DNA of 14,142 nucleotides from Candidatus Eiseniibacteriota bacterium (GTDB taxonomy: Bacteria > Eisenbacteria > RBG-16-71-46 > JABDJR01 > JAWXBZ01). The stretch spans positions 1 through 14,142 of the forward strand of contig JAWXBZ010000032.1 in assembly GCA_034440375.1 (NCBI GenBank). The letters run 5' to 3'. The notes under the pieces are model-generated. The model was not told the origin of the DNA and searched no databases. It saw nothing but the letters and a program-made list of their open reading frames with translations. The first letter of the stretch is position 1. Each line of letters starts with the position of its first letter. The translations under genes and the position numbers were made by a program. Positions 1-7,408 of the stretch are shown here, one piece after another.

Positions 1-4
1 CAAC

Positions 5-37
5 AAAAGCGGGAGGGGCTTTTCAGCCGCCTCCCGC
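5..37 (-). terminator. Rho-independent terminator downstream of the secreted-protein pair
   Basis: Minus strand reads GCGGGAGG-C-GGCT-GAAA-AGCC-CCTCCCGC-TTTT. This is an 8-bp + 4-bp stem with one bulge, a GAAA tetraloop and a U-run, about 50 nt after the stop at 86. Confidence 0.8.
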
Positions 38-85
38 CATATTCATCTTCACCCGCTCCGCAAGCGGAAGGGCTTCGTTGTGCTT

Positions 86-796
86 TTACTGGTCCAGCAG
101 TCCCTTGATCCGGCTCCAGGTGGTCGGCTCGACCGCCACGGGGCAGTTGATGAAATCCATCTTGCCATCCGCGGAGCGAATGTAGCCGGCCGGGAAGCTT
201 CCCGAGGTCCGGTTCCAGACACCGATCAGGTAACCACCGCAGAGAGCATTGTCACTCTGCAACAGGTGGAAGGCGGTGCCGCCGCTGACCACGATGTCGG
301 CATTGTAGTTGCCGCCGTTGTTGAGTTCGTTGGACTGGGTGTAGAAGTTCGAAAACGTGCCGCTCAGGATGACCGTGCCGTCTTCAAACGTCGAGGGTGA
401 GGTCAAGTTTGGCGGAGCGGTCCCGAAGACTGCGGGCGTCGTTGCGTCTTGAAACACCCGCCAGCGGCCGCCGGTGTAGTTGGTGCGGCGCACGGGACCC
501 AGGTCGACGGTGCCCTGCGAGATCAACTGATCGAAGACGAACGTGTACTCGCCGCCCGAATTCCCAACAGCCGGATTCAGACTGGTGAGCGGCGCCTGGA
601 AGTTCAGCGTGATAATGCCGACGATCTTGAGTTCGTTTCCAGCCGTCGAGTTGTGCGGCGCGACGAAGTTCGGCTCGAAAGCCGCCGACATCGGGCCCGT
701 CCAATCGATGACGGGATTGGTGGCCGCGGTCGCCGTTCCGCTGAGAACGACGGCTGCAAGCAGAGCGATCATTGAAGTAGTACCCCTATGGCGCAT
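86..796 (-). CDS. Secreted hypothetical protein, 236 aa (paralog 1), with C-terminal TW[GS]xIK motif
   Basis: SD AAGGGGG lies 6 nt before the ATG. Sec signal peptide (MRHR...IALLAAVVLSGTATA). Mature region is rich in T/G/N/F. Ends VAVEPTTWSRIKGLLDQ. Clear homology to the adjacent 881..1588 protein. Confidence 0.9.
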   Translation of the reverse strand: MRHRGTTSMIALLAAVVLSGTATAATNPVIDWTGPMSAAFEPNFVAPHNSTAGNELKIVGIITLNFQAPLTSLNPAVGNSGGEYTFVFDQLISQGTVDLGPVRRTNYTGGRWRVFQDATTPAVFGTAPPNLTSPSTFEDGTVILSGTFSNFYTQSNELNNGGNYNADIVVSGGTAFHLLQSDNALCGGYLIGVWNRTSGSFPAGYIRSADGKMDFINCPVAVEPTTWSRIKGLLDQ

Positions 797-824
797 TACC
801 GCCCCCTTTCAAGTCGTAAATCGG

Positions 825-870
825 GGCCGGCGGCGGAGCGTCACCCGTTGTGACGCCGACGTCGACGGCC
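825..870. other. Long imperfect GC-rich stem-loop in the spacer between the two paralogs
   Basis: Core GCGTCAC (838-844) pairs with GTGACGC (850-856). It extends through CGGCG (831-835) / CGTCG (860-864) and GGCCG (825-829) / CGGCC (866-870). No U-tract follows. Confidence 0.45.
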
Positions 871-880
871 GGCCGATGCC

Positions 881-1588
881 TCAGCGACGAATCTGAACGC
901 GAGCGTTCGGATTCAGAAGATTCTTGATCTGACCCCAGGTGGCCGGGCGAACGTTGACCGTTTCCTGGAGATAGCACTCACCGTCAACCTGCCAGTGATA
1001 GCCGCACGGTGTGATGCCGGTACGGATGCCGATGGCGCCGAAGGTCCAGCCGGTACGCTGATTGACCGGAATATTGCCGATCTGGCTACCGCCGTACCAG
1101 TTGGTCAGGCCGGCCAGATTGCCGTCGCCGTTCACGGTGTCGAACACGATGTCGAAGCTGGAGAAATTACCGGAGAGCGTCGTGTCACCGTCGGCGAAGG
1201 TCAGGCGATCGAAGAAAGGATCGCAATCGCTGAGGTAGTTGAACGTGGCCGCCGTGCCGGTGGTCTTGCTGTCGCAGATGAAGTGAATGCTGCCGTTGAC
1301 GTAATGCGCGACCACGATCGTGCCGAACGTGTCGGCCGAGGAGAAGAACAAATTATCGCCAAGGATGAACGTGTACTGATTGGCAGCGTAATTATAGTTC
1401 AGGAAGGTTGGATTGACCGCGCCGATGGTTCCCTGGGCCTCGTAGTACTGATTCGTGCAATCCAGGCAGCTGTTGTTCGGCCATGTCCAATCGAACCCGG
1501 TGAAATCGGCCAGGAAGACATCGGCCTTGGCCACCTGCGGAAGAATGGCCAGGCTGAGCAGCATGGCCGCCGCTATCGCTTTCCTCAT
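881..1588 (-). CDS. Secreted hypothetical protein, 235 aa (paralog 2), 6 Cys, with C-terminal TW[GS]xIK motif
   Basis: Perfect SD TAAGGAGG before the ATG. Signal peptide MRKAIAAAMLLSLAILPQVAKA with an AKA cleavage site. Ends VNVRPATWGQIKNLLNPNARVQIRR. Confidence 0.92.
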   Translation of the reverse strand: MRKAIAAAMLLSLAILPQVAKADVFLADFTGFDWTWPNNSCLDCTNQYYEAQGTIGAVNPTFLNYNYAANQYTFILGDNLFFSSADTFGTIVVAHYVNGSIHFICDSKTTGTAATFNYLSDCDPFFDRLTFADGDTTLSGNFSSFDIVFDTVNGDGNLAGLTNWYGGSQIGNIPVNQRTGWTFGAIGIRTGITPCGYHWQVDGECYLQETVNVRPATWGQIKNLLNPNARVQIRR

Positions 1589-1877
1589 CGGAACCTCCTT
1601 AACGAGTCGTCTCGAGCTGTCGTGTCCAGTGTCACTGGCCGGTGTCGTTAGAGAGGTTCAACGGCCGGCGGCCAAAAAATTCGGAGCGGCGATCGGGATT
1701 GTCTTACGAGCTTCTTGGTTTTTTCGGTGCGGCCACCGAAGTCCCCCTTTCCCGCGATGATCGTCTGGGTGCCCATGCCCCTGACAGTTGATCGATATCG
1801 TCCTGTCTGGAACAGTCAGAACTGCCTTGCGGGATATGACTAGATTGGCCGGGTCGAATTGACCCCATACATTTTGC

Positions 1878-1906
1878 ATATTAGAAGGATATCCGTGGAG
1901 ATTCAA
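1878..1906 (-). promoter_or_regulatory. Putative sigma70 promoter for the secreted-protein pair
   Basis: Minus strand TTGAAT (1906-1901), 17-bp spacer, TAATAT (1883-1878), inside an AT-rich intergenic patch. Implies a start site near 1871 and a leader of about 280 nt. Confidence 0.55.
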
Positions 1907-2049
1907 TCACTAAATGCATCTCACGACGCACGGAACGAGGATTTTGACCCGACTCCGGTCACCTTTTCTGTCAGGTTAATGCGACCTCCGATCCGTACAC
2001 ACGGTTACCACCCGCGGTGACGTGATGCCGTCGAACCATCTAACTTATT

Positions 2050-2071
2050 ATCTTGAAAACGTTTGGAAGAT
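2050..2071. promoter_or_regulatory. 22-bp dyad-symmetric operator-like site
   Basis: ATCTT-GA-AAACGTTT-GG-AAGAT has 18 of 22 positions symmetric. The AAACGTTT core resembles LacI/GalR-family operators. Confidence 0.4.
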
Positions 2072-2082
2072 TCGGCCCCCGA

Positions 2083-2967
2083 TCATTCCCCGGTCCACCG
2101 ATGCCGGTCCAGAGGCCCTGACCAGTGCCCCCGAAAGACTTCCCGCGCGGGTCCGCTCATCAGTACGGAGCCGGAGGCCCGCCACTCAAGATGAAGTTTC
2201 CCCCCGCGCAACTGGTTCTCGATGACGCGTTCGGTCCGATCGGTCAGGACGCCGGCCACGCAGACAGCCGAGGCGCCGGTGCCGCACGCCAGCGTCTCGC
2301 CGCTCCCACGCTCCCATGTCCGCTGGCGCACGCGACCACGATCGAGGACTTCGACAAATTCGATATTGGTTCGTTCCGGGAACAGTGGGTGCGTTTCCAG
2401 CAACGGCCCCAGGGTCTGGACCGGTGCGTCGTCGACCGATGGGACGAAGACAACGCAGTGTGGATTCCCCATCGAGACGGCCGTGATGTGCAGCCGGTGA
2501 CCGTCAAGTTCTAGAGGCTCGTCGATCACCCGGCCCGGCACGCCGCGCATGGGGATATCGAAGCGTTCGAGGCGCGGCGCACCCATGTCGACCCGGACAC
2601 CGGCAACCTCACCATGGGATAACTCGATCGCCAGATCCAGGACACCGGAGCCGGTTTCGACGGTGAGCCGCGTGCCGGTGACGACTTTTTCGTCGTGCAG
2701 ATAGCGCGCGACACAACGGATTCCATTCCCGCACATCTCGCTTTCGCTGCCGTCCGCGTTGAACATCTGCATGCGGGCGTCGGCACGCTCGGAGGGACCG
2801 ATCAGGATGAGGCCGTCCGATCCGACGCCAAAGTGCCGGTCGCTGAGGGCGCGCGCCAGGTCCGGCAGGTTGCCCAGCGAGGCCAGAGGTACGCCGCGGC
2901 CCGGAAGTATATCGATGTAGACGTAGTCGTTTCCGGCGCCCTCCATCTTGATGAATGGAATGGTCAC
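2083..2967 (-). CDS. dapF: Diaminopimelate epimerase
   Basis: Motifs FIKMEGAGNDY, DRHFGVGSDG, FNADGSESEMCGNG, SMGNPH, ERTNIEF and WERGSGETLACGTG; both catalytic Cys present. Start reassigned to GTG at 2967, which overlaps the birA stop as GTGA and has SD GAGGGAGG. Confidence 0.96.
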   Translation of the reverse strand: MTIPFIKMEGAGNDYVYIDILPGRGVPLASLGNLPDLARALSDRHFGVGSDGLILIGPSERADARMQMFNADGSESEMCGNGIRCVARYLHDEKVVTGTRLTVETGSGVLDLAIELSHGEVAGVRVDMGAPRLERFDIPMRGVPGRVIDEPLELDGHRLHITAVSMGNPHCVVFVPSVDDAPVQTLGPLLETHPLFPERTNIEFVEVLDRGRVRQRTWERGSGETLACGTGASAVCVAGVLTDRTERVIENQLRGGKLHLEWRASGSVLMSGPAREVFRGHWSGPLDRHRWTGE

Positions 2968-3776
2968 AGGGCCTCCCTCAAGAGTCGGACATCGCCGGCA
3001 TGGAAGGAGCGGCACGCGCCGCCATCTTCCTCGACCACCAGGGCCCCGTCATCGGCAACGGACAAGGCCCGCCCGGTCACAACCCCATCGGCCAGCGTCA
3101 ATGAAATCCGATGACCGATCAGTGGCATGACCCGGCGCCACTCGTCGATGAGTTGACATCCACCGTCCCGCATCATTCGATCGTAAAGAAATTCAAACGA
3201 CTCCACGATTCCGGCCAGTACCAGCGCTCGGTCGAAGGCATGGCCCGATTCGATGATCATTGATGTGGCACTTCCGCCCAGTTCGGCGGGAAAATCACCT
3301 TCCAACTGATTCACATTCACGCCGATTCCGAGGACGACGGCCTCGAGGCGTCCCGCATCGCCCCGAGCCTCCGCGAGGATGCCGGCCAGCTTCCTCTCCC
3401 CGATCAGGACATCATTCGGCCAGCGGACATGGGCCGACCTACCCGTCATCCTGCCTGCGGCCTCGACCACCGCCAGGGCGCCGGCCACGGTGACCAGGAA
3501 GCCCGAGGCCAGCGGGAGATCAGGCTTCAATATCCATGAAAACCAGAGGCCAACTCCGGGCGGCGATTCCCAGCGCCGCCCCATCCGGCCCCGCCCGGCC
3601 GTCTGCCGATCCGCGATAACGAGCGTTCCATGTGGCGCGCCCGCCTTTGCCAGGTCGAGTGCCTCGGCGTTTGTCGACCCGACGGCCCCGTGAAAGTGGA
3701 CACGGGTAACATGCCGCGCCCGCTGAACGACCGCCTGAATCGACCCGCCGAAACTGGATTCGCGTTCGTCGCTCAC
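2964..3776 (-). CDS. birA: Biotin--[acetyl-CoA-carboxylase] ligase, monofunctional (no N-terminal HTH)
   Basis: Motifs GSTN, QTAGRGRMGRRWESP, RWPND, KLAGIL, GIGVNVN and a C-terminal DDGALVV...AGDV. GTG start overlaps the nadC stop. Confidence 0.95.
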   Translation of the reverse strand: MSDERESSFGGSIQAVVQRARHVTRVHFHGAVGSTNAEALDLAKAGAPHGTLVIADRQTAGRGRMGRRWESPPGVGLWFSWILKPDLPLASGFLVTVAGALAVVEAAGRMTGRSAHVRWPNDVLIGERKLAGILAEARGDAGRLEAVVLGIGVNVNQLEGDFPAELGGSATSMIIESGHAFDRALVLAGIVESFEFLYDRMMRDGGCQLIDEWRRVMPLIGHRISLTLADGVVTGRALSVADDGALVVEEDGGACRSFHAGDVRLLREAL

Positions 3777-4684
3777 GACGGTTCCCCTTCTTCAAAATCA
3801 AGCGCCAGGTCAAGCGATGGCGCCGAGTGGGTCAGGGCCCCGACGGATATGAAATCGACGCCGGGTCGTGCGTGGCTGTTGATCGTGGCCAGCGTGATGC
3901 CACCCGACACTTCGATGAACGGGCGGAGCCGGCCCGGTTCGAGGCGACTCTGGCGGACCAGGTAAACCGCCGCGTCGATCACCTCCGGCGTCATGTTGTC
4001 GAACAAGAGGCCATCGATCGGATGGACCAGTGCCTCGGTGACATCGGCCAGCGTGCGCACCTCTACTTCCACCCCGACTCCGGCCGGACGGCCGGCCAGA
4101 GCCCGTATCACGGCTGATCCGATACCACCGGCCGCCAGTTCGTGGTTGTCCTTTATCAGGATGAGATCGAACAAGCCCAGGCGATGATTGGCTCCGCCCC
4201 CCATGGCCACGGCGTACTTCTCGAGAAGCCGCCAACCGGGCGTGGTCTTGCGGGTGTCGAGGACCCGCACCCCCGTTCCCCGCAGCGCGAGGACAAACTG
4301 GCGCGTCTGCGTGGCCACACCGGACAGACGCTGCAGGAAATTGAGGGCAGTCCGCTCGGCAGCGAGCAGGGAACGCGAGGAACCTTGCCACCGCGCCACG
4401 AGGCGACCAACCGTCAACGCTTCCCCGTCGGCCGCCAGCGCCTCGAACGCGACGCCCGGATCAACCGAAGCCACGACATCGCGCGCGATGTCCAGCCCCG
4501 CCAGCACCCCGGGTTGACGGGAGACGAGGATGGCCGTCGAGGTGGCCCCCACCGGAATCGTCGCCAGCGAGGTGACATCGCCCCGTTCACCGAAGTCCTC
4601 GGCCAGCGCCAGACGGATGAGCGGTCGCGCCGCCTCCCGAACGTCCTTGATGTCGGGCGGCGGGCCGCCCGGGCCGGACACCAT
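3773..4684 (-). CDS. nadC: Nicotinate-nucleotide diphosphorylase (carboxylating), QAPRTase
   Basis: Motifs ALAED..GDVT, AERTALNFLQRLSGVAT, DTRKTTPG, NHRLGLFD, LIKDNH, EVEV, FDNM, EVSGG and GALTHSAP. ATG at 4684 overlaps the uvrB stop as TGATG. Confidence 0.96.
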   Translation of the reverse strand: MVSGPGGPPPDIKDVREAARPLIRLALAEDFGERGDVTSLATIPVGATSTAILVSRQPGVLAGLDIARDVVASVDPGVAFEALAADGEALTVGRLVARWQGSSRSLLAAERTALNFLQRLSGVATQTRQFVLALRGTGVRVLDTRKTTPGWRLLEKYAVAMGGGANHRLGLFDLILIKDNHELAAGGIGSAVIRALAGRPAGVGVEVEVRTLADVTEALVHPIDGLLFDNMTPEVIDAAVYLVRQSRLEPGRLRPFIEVSGGITLATINSHARPGVDFISVGALTHSAPSLDLALDFEEGEPS

Positions 4685-6687
4685 CAACGGAGTTCCGCCT
4701 TCAGTTCATCAATCTTGTCGCGCAGGCTGATGGCCCGTTCGAACTCGAGCGCCTTGGCCGCCTGGCGCATTTCCCGCTCGAGCAATCGGATCATTTCCGG
4801 CTTGTCAGTGGACGTCAGATGGCGAAGCAGGTTCACGGCCGGATCCCCTTCCTCCTTGTCCGGACCCGCATCGGCCACCGTCGTCGCCAGCATGACATCC
4901 TCGATCGACTTCACGATCGTCATGGGCGTGATGCCATGTTCGAGATTGAAGGCTTTTTGCTTTTCCCTTCGACGGCTCATCTCGTCGATGGCCCGTTGCA
5001 TCGACCCGGTCATTCGATCGGCGTAGAGAATGACGCGCCCGGCCACGTTTCGGGCCGCCCGGCCGGCCGTCTGGATGAGGCTGGTTTCCGAGCGGAGGAA
5101 TCCCTCCTTGTCGGCATCCAGGATGGCCACGAGCCCCACTTCGGGGAGGTCGAGCCCTTCGCGAAGCAGGTTGATGCCGACCAGCACGTCGTGGTTGCCC
5201 AGGCGGAGGCCGCGCAGGATTTCCATTCGGGCGATGGCGTCGATATCCGAGTGGAGCCAGGCCACCTTGATGCCGGCCCCGAGCAGAAAATCGGAGAGGT
5301 CCTCGGACATCCGCTTGGTCAGGGTCGTGACGAGGACGCGTTCCCCGCGGGCCACCGTGGTCCGGATTTCCTCCATGAGATCATCGATCTGCCCGGAAAT
5401 CGGCCGCAGGATGATTTCCGGGTCGATGAGGCCGGTCGGCCGGATGATCTGCTCGACAACGACGCCGGCGGACTTCCGAAGCTCGAAATCGGACGGCGTG
5501 GCGGATACGAACAGGGTGGGCGGCACCAGAGTCTCGAACTCCTGAAACTTCAGCGGCCGGTTATCCAACGCCGACGGCAACCGGAAGCCGAAGTCGACCA
5601 GCGTCTGCTTCCGATTCCGATCTCCCTCGTACATGGCCCCGATCTGCGGCACCGACACGTGCGATTCGTCGATGATCAGCAGCCAGTCCTTCTCCTTCGG
5701 GAAGTAGTCGAGCAGGCAATGCGGACGCTGGCCCTTTGAGCGGCCATCCAGCCAGCGGCTGTAGTTCTCGATTCCGGAGCAATACCCCAGCTCCATCATC
5801 ATTTCCATGTCGTACTCGCACCGGCTCTTCAACCGCTCCGCCTCGAGGTACTTCTGGTTGGCGTTGAATTCAGCCAGCCGATCCCGGAGCTCTACCTTGA
5901 TGTTCTTGACGGCAGCCTCGAGCTTTGGCCGTTCGGTCACGAAGTGCTTGGCCGGATAGACGGCCACGCGATCGAGTTTGGTCATCGTCCGCCCGGTCAG
6001 CGGGTCGACGATCGAAAGCGCCTCGACTTCGTCATCGAACAGCTCGATGCGGATGGCATGCTCCTCGTAGGCCGGCCGCACCTCCAGCACATCGCCCCGG
6101 ATGCGAAACGTGCCACGGCGAAAGTCGATGTCGTTCCGCGTGTACTGCAGCGCCACCAGCTGCCCCTGGATCTCCTGCCGGCGGATCGAATCCCCGACTT
6201 TCACATAGAGCATCTGCTTCTTGTAGGAATCGGGATTACCGAGGCCGTAGATGCAGGAAACGGAAGCGACGATGACCACGTCATCGCGCGACAGGAGGCT
6301 GGTGGTGGCCGCCAGCCGGAGCCGGTCGATATCATCGTTGATCGAGGCGTCCTTCTCGATGTAGGTGTTCGTGGACGGGACGTACGCCTCGGGCTGGTAG
6401 TAGTCGTAGTAGGACACGAAGTAGCCCACGGCATTGTTCGGAAAGAACTGCCGAAACTCTCCGTACAACTGCGCCGCCAGCGTCTTATTGTGGGAGATGA
6501 CCAGTGTCGGCCGCCCATACCGGGCAATGACATTGGCCATCGTGAATGTCTTGCCCGAACCGGTAACCCCCAGAAGCGTCTGATTCTGCAGCCCAGCCGC
6601 AAGCCCGGCCACCAGTTCCTCAATGGCCTGAGGCTGATCGCCGGACGGTTCGTACTTGGAAACGAGTTGGAAGGGGGCGCGTGTCAT
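4684..6687 (-). CDS. uvrB: Excinuclease ABC subunit B
   Basis: Motifs PSGDQPQAI, Walker [48 protein letters not shown] and a C-terminal UVR coiled-coil. Start reassigned to ATG at 6687 (MTRAPFQL). Confidence 0.98.
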   Translation of the reverse strand: MTRAPFQLVSKYEPSGDQPQAIEELVAGLAAGLQNQTLLGVTGSGKTFTMANVIARYGRPTLVISHNKTLAAQLYGEFRQFFPNNAVGYFVSYYDYYQPEAYVPSTNTYIEKDASINDDIDRLRLAATTSLLSRDDVVIVASVSCIYGLGNPDSYKKQMLYVKVGDSIRRQEIQGQLVALQYTRNDIDFRRGTFRIRGDVLEVRPAYEEHAIRIELFDDEVEALSIVDPLTGRTMTKLDRVAVYPAKHFVTERPKLEAAVKNIKVELRDRLAEFNANQKYLEAERLKSRCEYDMEMMMELGYCSGIENYSRWLDGRSKGQRPHCLLDYFPKEKDWLLIIDESHVSVPQIGAMYEGDRNRKQTLVDFGFRLPSALDNRPLKFQEFETLVPPTLFVSATPSDFELRKSAGVVVEQIIRPTGLIDPEIILRPISGQIDDLMEEIRTTVARGERVLVTTLTKRMSEDLSDFLLGAGIKVAWLHSDIDAIARMEILRGLRLGNHDVLVGINLLREGLDLPEVGLVAILDADKEGFLRSETSLIQTAGRAARNVAGRVILYADRMTGSMQRAIDEMSRRREKQKAFNLEHGITPMTIVKSIEDVMLATTVADAGPDKEEGDPAVNLLRHLTSTDKPEMIRLLEREMRQAAKALEFERAISLRDKIDELKAELR

Positions 6688-6696
6688 GAGGGCGGG

Positions 6697-6702
6697 ATTA
6701 TA
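6697..6702 (-). promoter_or_regulatory. -10 element (TATAAT) of a probable leaderless uvrB promoter
   Basis: Perfect TATAAT ends 9 nt upstream of the uvrB ATG in very GC-rich context. No SD between them and no consensus -35. Confidence 0.6.
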
Positions 6703-6776
6703 GCGCGGGGGGCGGGATCGGTCCTGAGTGGAGCTGACACGACCGTAATGACACAACCCACCCGCTAGTCTGCAAC

Positions 6777-7127
6777 CTAAATTGATTCGCCCTCAAGGCG
6801 ACCCATGATCGCGGAACATTCATCGCGAAGCACCGGGGCATCTCGTTTCGCCAGGGCCCACACCAGCGTATCATCGACGGTCGGATATTCGTCTGTGAGC
6901 TGGTTGCGAAAATCGGCAATGCGTCGAGCGTTCGTAATTGACTTGAAAGCATCAGGTGCAAGACGCGAGAGTGCCGACACAGCTTCGCCGATGCTGATGA
7001 ACTCGCGCTCGGAACGCATTAATCGGTCCTGCCTGTATTTATCCAGTTCGACTTCACGCAACGCCCCGGCTATCGCATTGCGAGCATCGACGATGTCCGA
7101 TAAGTACGCGAGTGCGTCACGCGGCGT
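6777..7127 (-). pseudogene. HepT-like (DUF86/HEPN) ribonuclease toxin, degenerate
   Basis: The open frame extends to 7127: (T)PRDALAYLSDIVDARNAI...DRLMRS--EREFISIGEAV...IADFRNQLTDEYPTVDDTLVW. The start position reads ACG, and the R-x4-H motif reads RNQLTD. Confidence 0.85.
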
Positions 7128-7361
7128 AGAGAGACTGCCTGGTGCGCGCTATGTCGGCTGCGATGTAGCGATTCTTGACCGCATCCACCATCACGAGATC
7201 GACATCGACGCCTGGCAGACCTCTCAGTTCATCGAGAAGGTTGAAGTAGGCGTCGAGCGGTTCGCTGCGTCGAGAATTCCGAACACATCCAAACGCAACA
7301 CGCCATGGCGAGCGCACGCCGCTGCGATTTGTTTACGTTTGTATTCGGGAATTCCAACCAT
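7117..7361 (-). pseudogene. MNT (minimal nucleotidyltransferase, MntA-type) antitoxin with internal deletion and frameshift
   Basis: SD GGAGG and ATG at 7361 give MVGIPEYKRKQIAAACARHGVLRLDVFG, after which similarity is lost and a stop follows. The C-terminal half LDAYFNLLDELRGLPGVDVDLVMVDAVKNRYIAADIARTRQSLYAA is in another frame. The GS-x10-DxD motif is missing. Confidence 0.85.
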
Positions 7362-7378
7362 GATCGACCTCCAACCTC

Positions 7379-7408
7379 ATCGTATTTGGGTGCGATCCAC
7401 CATGACAA
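7379..7408 (-). promoter_or_regulatory. Putative sigma70 promoter of the TA module
   Basis: TTGTCA (7408-7403), 18-bp spacer, TACGAT (7384-7379), directly upstream of the SD and ATG of the MNT gene. Confidence 0.55.

Noticed and set aside
86-1588. PEP-CTERM, LPXTG or T9SS CTD assignment for the two secreted proteins
   Set aside because: No C-terminal TM helix with basic tail and no ~75-aa Ig-like CTD.
1658-1906. 82-aa minus-strand ORF in the intergenic region
   Set aside because: Its TTG start coincides with the predicted -35 box, it has no convincing SD and no protein-like features. More likely non-coding leader.
1589-2082. Sigma54 promoter or known riboswitch upstream of the secreted pair
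   Set aside because: No TGGCAC-N5-TTGC on the minus strand, only partial IHF-like matches, and no convincing c-di-GMP, cobalamin or SAM consensus.
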